From Clostridia bacterium (GTDB lineage: Bacteria > Bacillota > Clostridia > UMGS1883 > UMGS1540), in NCBI GenBank assembly GCA_045533905.1, contig JAZSIR010000013.1, forward strand, positions 12,392-76,391: a stretch of 64,000 bases of DNA, written 5' to 3'. Positions 40,462 through 49,870 of the stretch are shown here, piece after piece. Position 1 is the stretch's first letter; each line of letters begins with the position of its first letter. A model generated the notes under the pieces. The model had not been told where the DNA came from. It was given only the letters and a program-made list of their open reading frames with translations, and ran no database searches. The translations under genes were made by a program, and so were the position numbers.

Positions 40462-41160
40462 ATGCCCATACAGGAAAATCTGGAAAAAATAAGAAGTGAA
40501 ATCGCAGCGGCAGCCCAAAGAGCCGGCAGACGGCCTGAGGAGATCATTCTTCTCGGCGCTACCAAAACGGTGGAGCCGGCAAGAATGCAGACGGCGGTAG
40601 ACTTTGGTCTTTCCCATATCGGCGAAAACCGCGTGCAGGAGCTTGTAGAAAAATATGATAAAATACAAGGCGCCACCTGGCATTTTATCGGGCACCTGCA
40701 AACCAATAAAGTAAAATATATTATCGATAAAGCGGCACTGATTCACGCCGCAGACTCTGCAAGGCTTCTGGATGAAATTGAGCGGCAGGCTCAAAAGCAC
40801 GGCATCCGCGCACATGTGCTTCTTGAAATCAACGCCTCGGGAGAAGAAAGTAAATTCGGAATGCCTTTCTCGGCGGCAAGGCCGATCATCGAAGAAAACG
40901 AAAAACGGAAGAATGTGCAGATTGACGGGCTTATGACAATCGGGCCGAACACGAAGGAAGAGGGCGCGGTGCGTGCGGCTTTCGAAAAAATGCGTACGCT
41001 TTTTGAAACGCTCCGGACGGAAAAATTTGAAAACTGCCGTATGGAATATCTTTCCATGGGTATGAGCGGCGACTATACGGCCGCAATTGAAGAGGGTGCA
41101 AATATTGTAAGAATCGGAAGTGCAATATTTGGATATAGAGAATATGGAGGTAAGCAGTAA
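40462..41160 (+). CDS. yggS: YggS-family PLP-binding protein
   Basis: ATKT, GENRVQE, WHFIGHLQTNK, LSMGMSGD, VRIGSAIFG. Confidence 0.96.
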   Translation: MPIQENLEKIRSEIAAAAQRAGRRPEEIILLGATKTVEPARMQTAVDFGLSHIGENRVQELVEKYDKIQGATWHFIGHLQTNKVKYIIDKAALIHAADSARLLDEIERQAQKHGIRAHVLLEINASGEESKFGMPFSAARPIIEENEKRKNVQIDGLMTIGPNTKEEGAVRAAFEKMRTLFETLRTEKFENCRMEYLSMGMSGDYTAAIEEGANIVRIGSAIFGYREYGGKQ

Positions 41161-41161
41161 A

Positions 41162-41629
41162 ATGGCAAAGATTTTTGGAAAACTCGGCGAAATGATTTTT
41201 GGCAGCGAAGAGGACGATTTTGAAGAATTCGACTTTGAAGACGAACCGGAAAGATTGAAACCGGACGTAAAACCGATTGGTATGATGCGTGCGAAGGCGC
41301 CGGCAGCACCGGCCGCAAGTAGGGTTGTTAGTATGACGGCTACCACGCAGCTCGAGGTTGCCGTTTTGCAGCCGGCAACATACGAAGATGCCAGTGAGAT
41401 TGCAGACCGCCTCAAGGCAAAGAAGGCAGTGGTTGTAAATCTCGAAGACCTTACAAAGGAAGATGCCATTAAGGTTTTAGACTTTGTAAGCGGCGTTGTA
41501 TATGCACTGGAAGGCAATATCCAGAAGGTTTCCAGCGGTATTTTCCTCATTGCGCCGTATAATGTGAGCATCGCAGGCGATGTTCGTGATGAGCTCAAGA
41601 ATAAGGGCTTTTTCCCGTGGACACTCTAA
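41162..41629 (+). CDS. sepF: Cell division protein SepF
   Basis: VVVNLE, LDFVSGVVYALEG, IFLIAP. Confidence 0.95.
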   Translation: MAKIFGKLGEMIFGSEEDDFEEFDFEDEPERLKPDVKPIGMMRAKAPAAPAASRVVSMTATTQLEVAVLQPATYEDASEIADRLKAKKAVVVNLEDLTKEDAIKVLDFVSGVVYALEGNIQKVSSGIFLIAPYNVSIAGDVRDELKNKGFFPWTL

Positions 41630-41672
41630 GTAAAAAAGAATAAATTTACAAAAGAAGGATGTGGCACACGCT

Positions 41673-42236
41673 ATGTATACACCGCTTGAACTCGAAAAAA
41701 TAGAATTCGGTAACGCTTTTATGGGTGGCTATAAGCGCGAGGACGTTGAGGAAGTTTTCAACGAGCTGACCGCAGATTACGAAACACTCTACAAAGAAAA
41801 CATTGCCCTTAAAGATAAGCTTTCTATGCTGCAGGGCCTTGTGGACAAATATAAGACGATGGAGGATGCCCTCCAGAATGCCCTTCTTCTGGCACAGACC
41901 AGTAGCGATGCGGCCATTCGTGCCGCGCAGGATAAGGCACAGAATATTATCAAAGAGGCAGAAGCCCGTGCCGCTTATCTTGTGAAGGAAGCAGAAGAAA
42001 GCGTAAAGCTCCAAAGCCAGAAGGAGCTTGATATGAAGCGGAATATCAGTGTGTTTGCCGCACGGAACATTTCGCAGCTGCGTACCCAGATTGAAATATT
42101 AAACGGTATGGTTGCACAGGAAAATGAGCAGGCCGTGCCGTATGTACCGGAGATTGTGGTGCCGGAAGTGGCCGCACCCTCCCCGATGGAAGCCACACAG
42201 ATAGCCTCTCCGCTTATCAAGGAGACAGAGAACTAA
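41673..42236 (+). CDS. divIVA: DivIVA-domain protein
   Basis: TPLEL..EF...GGYKREDVEE N-domain + coiled coil; start could be GTG 41661. Confidence 0.9.
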   Translation: MYTPLELEKIEFGNAFMGGYKREDVEEVFNELTADYETLYKENIALKDKLSMLQGLVDKYKTMEDALQNALLLAQTSSDAAIRAAQDKAQNIIKEAEARAAYLVKEAEESVKLQSQKELDMKRNISVFAARNISQLRTQIEILNGMVAQENEQAVPYVPEIVVPEVAAPSPMEATQIASPLIKETEN

Positions 42237-42255
42237 ACCGAAAGGATTGAACACT

Positions 42256-45030
42256 ATGGATTATGGCAAAACACTGAATTTGCCCGAAACCGAGTTCCCG
42301 ATGCGCGGTAATTTGCCGACAAGAGAGCCGGAAACACAGAAAAAATGGGAAGAAAACGATTTGTACGGCGGCCTTATGGAAAAGAATGCCGATAAGCCGC
42401 TGTTTATCCTGCATGACGGTCCTCCGTATGCAAACGGCGATATGCATATGGGCCATGCGCTGAATAAAACGCTGAAAGATATCATCGTTCGCTATAAGAA
42501 TATGAGCGGCTTCCGCGCACCTTACATTCACGGCTGGGATACACACGGTCTCCCGATTGAGCGCCAGGCCATCAAAAAGCTTGGCATCAACCGCAGCGAG
42601 GTTTCTGTTTCTGCCTTCCGTGAAGAATGTAAGAAATTTGCACTTGGATACGTGGAAAATCAGAAAAGCCAGATCCGTCGCCTCGGTTCCCTTGGCGATT
42701 ATGATAATTCGTACCTCACACTCGCACCGGAATTCGAAGCCAAACAGATTGAAATTTTCGGTGAAATGGCAAAGAAGGGCTACATCTACAAGGGCCTCAA
42801 GCCTATTTATTGGTGCCCGGACTGCGAAACGGCGCTTGCCGAAGCTGAAATCGAGTACGAAGAAGATAAGACGAATTCCATCTACGTAAAATTCCGCGTA
42901 GCAGACGATAAAGGCCTTTTCGCGGATGTAAAAGAACCCGTATACTTCGTAATCTGGACGACTACGACCTGGACGCTTCCCGGTAACGTGGCCATCGCCG
43001 TAAATCCCGATTTTACGTATAGCCTCGTTCGCGCAGGCGGCGAAGTGTATGTGATTGCAGACGAACTCGTAGAAAACGTTATGCGCGTTGGCAAAATCAC
43101 GGAATACGAAAAGATTGGTGAATATCGGGGCAGTGACCTTGAATATATTACCTGTAACCATCCGTTTATGGATAGAACCTCTCTCGTTATCGTAGGTGAC
43201 CATGTTACACTCGATGCCGGTACCGGCTGTGTACACACGGCCCCCGGTCACGGCGGTGAGGACTATTTGGCCTGCCGTCCCTACAAGGAAATCCCGATTC
43301 TAGTTCCTGTAGACAGCAAGGGCTACTTAAACGAACTTGCAGGCGAATTCTCGGGCCTTCACTACTCCAAGGCAAACCCGGCCATCGAAGAAAAGCTGAC
43401 TTCTCTCGGCGCACTTTACGCCATCGAAGAAATCATCCACCAGTACCCGCATTGCTGGCGTTGCCATGAGCCGATTGTATTCCGTGCCACCGAGCAGTGG
43501 TTTGCATCGGTAGACAGCATCAAGGATGCGGCGGTAGACGCAATTCACAAGGTACAGTGGATTCCGAAGTGGGGCGAAGAACGCATCTCCAGCATGGTGG
43601 TCGACAGAACAGACTGGTGTATCTCCCGTCAGAGAACCTGGGGCGTGCCGATTCCGATTTTCTACTGCAAGGATTGCGGTGAAGCGCTTATCAATGACGA
43701 TACTATCCGTGCTGTTGCGGCTCTCTTTAAGGAAAAGGGAAGCGGCGCCTGGTACGAAGTGGACGCTTCCGAAATTCTGCCGAAGGGCACAGCCTGCAAA
43801 TGCGGCTGCACCGAATTTACAAAAGAAAAAGACATTATGGACGTATGGTTTGACTCGGGTTCGAGCCACGCCGGCGTTTTAGATGTAAAAGAAGGTCTCC
43901 GTTTCCCGGCAGACTTGTATCTTGAAGGCAATGACCAGTACAGAGGCTGGTTCCAGTCCTCGCTTCTCACCTCGATTGCAGCCCGTGGCGTGGCACCGTA
44001 TAAATCGGTTATCACACATGGTATGATCGTGGATGCAGACGGACAGAAAATGTCGAAATCCAAAGGTAACGGCGTAAGTCCGCAGGATATTATCAAGGAC
44101 TTCGGTGCCGATATTCTGCGCCTTTGGGTTGTATCGGCCGACTTTAAGACGGATATGCGCATCTCCAAGGAAATCCTCAAGCAGATGTCCGAAGTATACC
44201 GCAAAATCCGCAACACCGCACGCTACATTCTCGGTAATATTCACGATTTCAATCCGAAAACGGACAGCGTTGCCCTCTCTGAAATGAACGAACTTGACAG
44301 ATGGGCTATGATGCGCCTTGACGAGATGACCGAGAAGGTACTGTCTGCATACGAAAACTACGAATTCCATCTTATCTACCACGCCATCCATAACTTCTGC
44401 GTTGTAGATATGAGTAACTTCTATCTGGATATCATCAAGGACCGCTTGTATGTAGAAAAAGCGTCGAGCACTGCCCGCCGCGCCGCACAGACGGTTATGC
44501 ACGCTGTTCTCGATACGATTGTAAGACTTCTCGCACCCGTCCTTGTGTACACCACAGAGGAAATCTGGCAGTTTATGCCGCATAACGAGGGTGACGACGA
44601 GAGAAGCGTACTCTATAACGATATGCCCAAAACACGTGGCGCGGCCTCTGCCGAGCTTTCCGAAAAGTGGGATCGTTTCATTAAGGTACGCGCCGATGTA
44701 TCGAAGGCACTTGAAAATGCACGCGCCGAAAAGAAAATTGGTAACTCTGTCGGTGCAGGTGTTGTCCTTTATGTATCTTCTGAAATGAAGGCATTCCTCG
44801 AAACCTTCGGCGACACACTTCCGACGCTCTTCATCGTATCTTCCGTAACCCTTTCGGAAGGTGCGGCACCCGAGGGCGCATATGCAGGCGAAACAGAAGG
44901 CCTCGCTGTCGAAATTACAACGCCCGAAGGCGAAAAGTGCGAAAGATGCTGGCTTTACAGCAAGACGGTTGGGGCAGACGCGGCGCATCCCACCCTTTGC
45001 AGCCGCTGCACCGAAATCATTAAAGAGTAG
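42256..45030 (+). CDS. ileS: Isoleucine--tRNA ligase (type 1)
   Basis: HDGPPYANG, HMGH, WTTTTWT, WCISRQR, KMSKS, C-terminal CERC..CSRC zinc site. Confidence 0.98.
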   Translation: MDYGKTLNLPETEFPMRGNLPTREPETQKKWEENDLYGGLMEKNADKPLFILHDGPPYANGDMHMGHALNKTLKDIIVRYKNMSGFRAPYIHGWDTHGLPIERQAIKKLGINRSEVSVSAFREECKKFALGYVENQKSQIRRLGSLGDYDNSYLTLAPEFEAKQIEIFGEMAKKGYIYKGLKPIYWCPDCETALAEAEIEYEEDKTNSIYVKFRVADDKGLFADVKEPVYFVIWTTTTWTLPGNVAIAVNPDFTYSLVRAGGEVYVIADELVENVMRVGKITEYEKIGEYRGSDLEYITCNHPFMDRTSLVIVGDHVTLDAGTGCVHTAPGHGGEDYLACRPYKEIPILVPVDSKGYLNELAGEFSGLHYSKANPAIEEKLTSLGALYAIEEIIHQYPHCWRCHEPIVFRATEQWFASVDSIKDAAVDAIHKVQWIPKWGEERISSMVVDRTDWCISRQRTWGVPIPIFYCKDCGEALINDDTIRAVAALFKEKGSGAWYEVDASEILPKGTACKCGCTEFTKEKDIMDVWFDSGSSHAGVLDVKEGLRFPADLYLEGNDQYRGWFQSSLLTSIAARGVAPYKSVITHGMIVDADGQKMSKSKGNGVSPQDIIKDFGADILRLWVVSADFKTDMRISKEILKQMSEVYRKIRNTARYILGNIHDFNPKTDSVALSEMNELDRWAMMRLDEMTEKVLSAYENYEFHLIYHAIHNFCVVDMSNFYLDIIKDRLYVEKASSTARRAAQTVMHAVLDTIVRLLAPVLVYTTEEIWQFMPHNEGDDERSVLYNDMPKTRGAASAELSEKWDRFIKVRADVSKALENARAEKKIGNSVGAGVVLYVSSEMKAFLETFGDTLPTLFIVSSVTLSEGAAPEGAYAGETEGLAVEITTPEGEKCERCWLYSKTVGADAAHPTLCSRCTEIIKE

Positions 45031-45045
45031 GAGAAATACAAAATA

Positions 45046-45498
45046 ATGCCGTATCTTCCTGTCTGTATGGGAATTATTACATTTGTGGCGGATCGCCTTA
45101 CAAAGGCATACATTGCCGCAAATATGAAGCTTGGAGAAAGCATACCGGTCATAGAGGATGTTTTCCATATTACCTATAAAACGAATACCGGCGCGGCTTT
45201 CAGCATTTTAAGCGGAAAGGTTCCGTTCCTGATAGTGGCAACGCTTCTTATCATCGTAGCGTTAGTCGCGCTGATTCTCGTGAAAAAGCCGAAGAGTAAA
45301 ATCTTTCAGGCATCGGTGGCACTGATTCTTTCCGGCGCAATCGGAAATCTTGTGGATAGAGTTCTTCTCGGCCACGTTGTGGACTTTCTGGATGCGCGGT
45401 TTATAAACTTTCCCATCTTCAACGTCGCAGATATCTGCGTCGTGTGCGGGGCGGCACTCTTTTGTCTCTATGTTTTCAAGAGTACGGATTTTGAGTAA
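45046..45498 (+). CDS. lspA: Signal peptidase II
   Basis: NTGAAFS, GAIGNLVDR, VVDF, FNVAD. Confidence 0.96.
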   Translation: MPYLPVCMGIITFVADRLTKAYIAANMKLGESIPVIEDVFHITYKTNTGAAFSILSGKVPFLIVATLLIIVALVALILVKKPKSKIFQASVALILSGAIGNLVDRVLLGHVVDFLDARFINFPIFNVADICVVCGAALFCLYVFKSTDFE

Positions 45499-46406
45499 TG
45501 GAATACGAAGCGTTTTTGGGAGAAAGACTCGATAAGGCCATCGCGGCGGTGCACACGGAGCTTAGCCGCTCGTATGTGCAGGAACTGATTGCAAACGGAA
45601 ATATAAAAGTTTCCGGAAAAACGGTACGTCCGGGATATAAACTCCGCGCGGGCGATACGGTTGAGGTGCAGATTCCGGACCCCGTGAAAATCGAAACGGT
45701 GGCGCAGGAAATACCCCTTGATATTGTGTATGAGGACGAGAGCGTTTTAGTTATCAATAAACCGGCCGGTATGGTGGTACACCCTGCCGCAGGGAATTAT
45801 GAGGATACGCTTGTAAACGCCCTTCTCCATCATTGCGGCGATTCTCTTTCTGCAATCGGGGGCGTAATGCGCCCCGGCATTGTGCACCGCATTGATAAAG
45901 ATACTACCGGTCTTTTGGTGGTGGCAAAGGGCGATAAGGCGCACCGTCATCTTTCCGACCAGCTCAAAACGCGAACACTTTCGAGAAAATATGCCGCGCT
46001 TGTGCACGGCAATGTGAAAGAAGATTCCGGCACCATATCGGCCGATATCGGGCGCGACAGCCGCGACCGCAAAAAGATGGCGGTTGTGAAAACGGGCGGC
46101 AGAGAAGCCGTAACGCATTTTACGGTTGCCGAGCGCTTTGGGCAGTACACGCTCCTTTCTTGTAAACTCGAAACAGGGCGCACGCACCAGATTCGCGTCC
46201 ATATGCGCCATCGCGGCCACCCTATCGTGGGGGATAAAACGTATGGCGTTAAAAAAGAAAGCTTCGGGCTTTCGGGGCAGCTACTGCACGCCGGCGAAAT
46301 CGGCTTTATCCATCCCGAAACGGGGGAAGAGATGCATTTTACCGCACCGCTTCCGGAGCCGTTTTTGCGCGTACTTCAAATTTTAAGAGAAAAACAAAAT
46401 GGATAA
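45498..46406 (+). CDS. rluD: RluA/RluD-family pseudouridine synthase
   Basis: S4 domain, NKPAGMVVHP, VHRIDKDTTG, TGRTHQIRVH. Confidence 0.93.
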   Translation: MEYEAFLGERLDKAIAAVHTELSRSYVQELIANGNIKVSGKTVRPGYKLRAGDTVEVQIPDPVKIETVAQEIPLDIVYEDESVLVINKPAGMVVHPAAGNYEDTLVNALLHHCGDSLSAIGGVMRPGIVHRIDKDTTGLLVVAKGDKAHRHLSDQLKTRTLSRKYAALVHGNVKEDSGTISADIGRDSRDRKKMAVVKTGGREAVTHFTVAERFGQYTLLSCKLETGRTHQIRVHMRHRGHPIVGDKTYGVKKESFGLSGQLLHAGEIGFIHPETGEEMHFTAPLPEPFLRVLQILREKQNG

Positions 46407-46454
46407 AGGCAGGGCATATGGGCTCCTGCCTTTTTCAGAATCGGAGGGAAGTTT

Positions 46455-48215
46455 ATGACAAAGGTATATATCGTGCGCCACGGCGAGGCCAGAGGGAATG
46501 TCGATAGAAATTTCCACGGCTGGTATGATTCTGACCTTACAGAAAACGGCCGCGCACAAATCGCACGCCTTCCCGGCTATTTCAAGGATATACATATTGA
46601 CGCTGTTTTTTCGAGCGATATGAAAAGAACGAGGGAGACGGCGCACGCCGTAGCTGATTCCAAGGGGCTTCCGGTTCTTGAAGATGCCGCCCTTCGCGAA
46701 ATTCACGGCGGAGAATGGGAGGACGTTCCGTGGGACGATTTGCCCGTGCGTTTTCCCGAAAGCTATGGGCACTGGCTTGAAAGCCCCCATCTTCTCGAAA
46801 TGCCCGGCGGTGAGCGGATGACCGATTTTGCGGACCGCATATACGGAGCTGTTATGAAAATCGCAAAAGAGTATGCGGGGAAAAACGTGGTGATTACGAC
46901 ACACGGCACCTCCGTGAAAGTGCTTCTTTGCAAGGTACGTGGTATTCCGCTTTCCCAAATGCCCGGCGAGGCCTGGTGCGATAATGCTTCCGTCACAGTG
47001 CTCGAAGTGGAAGGGGAGAAGGCAAGCGTTTTGGTGGACGGCGATAACAGCCATCTTCTCGATATCAGTACCCTTGCAAAGCAGGTATGGTGGCGTAAAA
47101 AAGAAGGGGAGCGCACGCTCGCCCTTACAAACCGCGTCTATCTCTCCAAACTTTCAAGCTATAACCGCGAAAAGGCAGAAGCTGTGCTTATTCCCATGCT
47201 CGAAGCAATCCTTAAGGATAACGAATTTTCAAACGCGTGGGAAGGGAAGAAGGTCGTCATAAAGCCAAACCTTCTTGCAAAACGTCCGCCTTCGGCGGCC
47301 GTTACGGCAAACCCCACACTTGTATCGATTGCCGCTTCCTACTTTGTAAAACGTGGCGCATCGGTTGTGATTGCCGATAGCCCCGGCGGTCTCTACAGCG
47401 CAAAGCTCCTTGAAAAGCTCTACGTTGTTACGGGTATGCAAAAAGCCGCAGAAGAGTCGGGTGCCACTTTGAATCTTGACACTTCCTCCGTCCGAAAGGG
47501 AGACTTTCCCATTATTACGCCGCTTGCAGAGGCTGACCTTATCGTCAGCATCGGCCGTATGAAAACACATATGCTTTGCAATATGACGGCGGCGGTAAAA
47601 AACTTATTCGGCTCCATTCCCGGTGCAAAAAAGGCAGAATATCACGCGAGATACCCCAAAAAGGATGATTTTTGCGGTATGCTTGTAGACCTTTGCCTTG
47701 AAAATGCGCCGTGTGTCAATATTATCGACTGTGTGGTGGCAATGGAGGGGAATGGCCCTGCGGGCGGCACGCTGCGGCGCGTCGGCGCGCTTTTGGGAAG
47801 CGCCAATCCTTTCGCTGCGGATCTTCTTTGCACCGAAATGATGGGCTTTGCGCCCGATGAAGTGGATACCGTTCGCATAAGCCGCGAGCGCGGCCTTTGC
47901 CCGCAAACTACCAAGGAGCTTTCCGTCATCGGCGAAGACCCCGCAAAATATACCCATCGATTCAAGCGGCCGAAGGCAAGCCGCGATGCAGGTCTCTTAA
48001 AGCTTTTGCCGCGTACATTTGCAGCGCGCCTTCGTAAAGAACGCCGCCCCGTAATTTTAGAGAAGAAGTGCATCGGGTGCGGCGAGTGCGCGAGAGCGTG
48101 CCCTGCGGAAACGATCACAATTGTCGATAAGAAGGCCAAAATTCATCCCGAAGCGTGCATTAAATGCTACTGCTGTCAGGAATTATGCCCGAAGAAGGCA
48201 GTCGCGGTAAAATAG
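46455..48215 (+). CDS. Histidine phosphatase fused to DUF362 domain and 2x[4Fe-4S] ferredoxin
   Basis: RHGE, SSD..R, REIHGGEWE, THG in aa 1-205; KVVIKPNLL, DSPGG, KTH, KNLFG, MEGNGP (DUF362); CIGCGECARACP and CIKCYCCQELCP. Confidence 0.85.
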   Translation: MTKVYIVRHGEARGNVDRNFHGWYDSDLTENGRAQIARLPGYFKDIHIDAVFSSDMKRTRETAHAVADSKGLPVLEDAALREIHGGEWEDVPWDDLPVRFPESYGHWLESPHLLEMPGGERMTDFADRIYGAVMKIAKEYAGKNVVITTHGTSVKVLLCKVRGIPLSQMPGEAWCDNASVTVLEVEGEKASVLVDGDNSHLLDISTLAKQVWWRKKEGERTLALTNRVYLSKLSSYNREKAEAVLIPMLEAILKDNEFSNAWEGKKVVIKPNLLAKRPPSAAVTANPTLVSIAASYFVKRGASVVIADSPGGLYSAKLLEKLYVVTGMQKAAEESGATLNLDTSSVRKGDFPIITPLAEADLIVSIGRMKTHMLCNMTAAVKNLFGSIPGAKKAEYHARYPKKDDFCGMLVDLCLENAPCVNIIDCVVAMEGNGPAGGTLRRVGALLGSANPFAADLLCTEMMGFAPDEVDTVRISRERGLCPQTTKELSVIGEDPAKYTHRFKRPKASRDAGLLKLLPRTFAARLRKERRPVILEKKCIGCGECARACPAETITIVDKKAKIHPEACIKCYCCQELCPKKAVAVK

Positions 48216-48247
48216 ACGGGATGCAAAAAAGCGCAGAGAAAAGATAT

Positions 48248-48281
48248 AAAAAGAGCCTCTCCATTTTGGAGAGGCTCTTTT
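48248..48281. terminator. Bidirectional terminator between convergent operons
   Basis: AAAAAGAGCCTCTCCA-TTT-TGGAGAGGCTCTTTT. Confidence 0.9.
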
Positions 48282-48290
48282 ACGTATGTT

Positions 48291-49280
48291 TTAAAACGAG
48301 GCTTCTGCCTTTTTGTCACGCGTCATCAATTCGAGTACCGCATCGCGGGGCGAGGCGTTTTCAAAAAGAACTGCGTATGCCGCTGATACAATCGGCATTT
48401 CCACGTCGTACTTTTGGGCGAGCTTATAGGCCATTTCTGCGGCATATACGCCCTCTACAACCATGTGTACCTCTGCCATCGCTTCCTCCGCGGTTTTGCC
48501 CTGCCCGATTAAAATACCGGCGCGGCGGTTTCGGCTGTGTATACTTGTGCACGTTACAATTAAATCTCCAATACCGGAAAGACCGGAGAAGGTAGCCGCA
48601 TCCGCGCCCATGGCAACGCCGAGACGCGTCATTTCTGCAAGGCCGCGTGTGATGAGTGCCGCCTTTGTATTGTCCCCAAAGCCAAGACCGTCCATAACGC
48701 CGGCACAAAGTGCAATTACGTTTTTAAGCGCCGCGCCAAGCTCTACGCCGATAGAGTCTTTGGAGGTGTACACGCGAAAACGGTCGTTCATAAATACGTC
48801 CTGCACCATTCTTGCCGCTGCCGCATCTTCACAGGCGGCTACAATCGTGGTGGGAATTTCACGCCCAACTTCCTCGGCATGCGTCGGCCCGCAAAGGGTA
48901 ACGACGGGGTGACCGGGGCAAAGCCGCTTTATCACTTCGCTGAAACGCTCGAGAGAGTCCGAAATGCCCTTTGTAAGGTTTACAATGGGAACGGCCGGCG
49001 CGAGATAGGGGGCGAGGTTTTCTACCGTTTTGGGAAGCGCTTTTGAAGGCGTTGCGATGACCACAAGCTCTGCATCTTTCGCCGTGGCGAGGTCATATGT
49101 ATACCGGATTCCTTCGGGCAGAAGAATACCCGGCAGAAATTCGCGGTTTTCCTTATATTTTGCCAGATTTTCGCTTTCTTCCTTTTGCCAGGACCAAAGC
49201 GAAACTTCGTGTCCGTTTCGTCTTAAAAGGGCGCTGATGGCAGTTCCCCAACCGCCGGAGCCGATTACCGAAATTTTCAT
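48291..49280 (-). CDS. gpsA: NAD(P)H-dependent glycerol-3-phosphate dehydrogenase
   Basis: GSGGWGT, GPTHAEEV, ALKNVIA, GIGDLIVTC..SRN. Confidence 0.97.
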   Translation of the reverse strand: MKISVIGSGGWGTAISALLRRNGHEVSLWSWQKEESENLAKYKENREFLPGILLPEGIRYTYDLATAKDAELVVIATPSKALPKTVENLAPYLAPAVPIVNLTKGISDSLERFSEVIKRLCPGHPVVTLCGPTHAEEVGREIPTTIVAACEDAAAARMVQDVFMNDRFRVYTSKDSIGVELGAALKNVIALCAGVMDGLGFGDNTKAALITRGLAEMTRLGVAMGADAATFSGLSGIGDLIVTCTSIHSRNRRAGILIGQGKTAEEAMAEVHMVVEGVYAAEMAYKLAQKYDVEMPIVSAAYAVLFENASPRDAVLELMTRDKKAEASF

Positions 49281-49855
49281 TTTCCCAATTTCCTTTCTGT
49301 CCCGTTTATAAGGCGTTTGATATTTCCGGCGTGCCGTGCGATGGCGAGAAGAGAAGTGGCAACCGCAAAGATGGAAAACCAGATGTCTTCACTTCTAAAA
49401 AGTGCCAATACGCCAAAGAAAAATGCACCTAAAATAGAGCCGAGCGAAACGTATTTCGTAACGGCCATTACTACAATTGCGATTACAAACGCCGGAAGGG
49501 CGGCACCGGGTGCCACCGTGAGCATTACGGCAAGCGAGGTGGTAATGCCTTTACCGCCGCGAAAACCGAAATATATGGGAAAATTATGCCCGATGATGGA
49601 CATAAAGCCGCCAAGATAGCCACCATATTCGCCTGCGAGACAGCGCCCCAGGATAACGGCCACAACACCTTTTAAAATATCGAGGAGAAACACAAGTGCC
49701 GCCGCGCCTTTTCCGAAATTTCGCAAAATGTTCGTGGCGCCTGCATTGCCGCTTCCGAGCGTGCGGACATCGGTGCCGCGTGCGCGGGAGATGAGTACGG
49801 CGTTACTGATACTGCCGAGAAGATAGCCTAAAACTGCACTTATCACTAAAAACAT
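49277..49855 (-). CDS. plsY: Glycerol-3-phosphate acyltransferase PlsY
   Basis: YLLGS, GSGNAGATN, DILKG, FRGGKG, RHAGNI. Confidence 0.96.
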   Translation of the reverse strand: MFLVISAVLGYLLGSISNAVLISRARGTDVRTLGSGNAGATNILRNFGKGAAALVFLLDILKGVVAVILGRCLAGEYGGYLGGFMSIIGHNFPIYFGFRGGKGITTSLAVMLTVAPGAALPAFVIAIVVMAVTKYVSLGSILGAFFFGVLALFRSEDIWFSIFAVATSLLAIARHAGNIKRLINGTERKLGK

Positions 49856-49870
49856 AGCCTTCCGTCCTTT

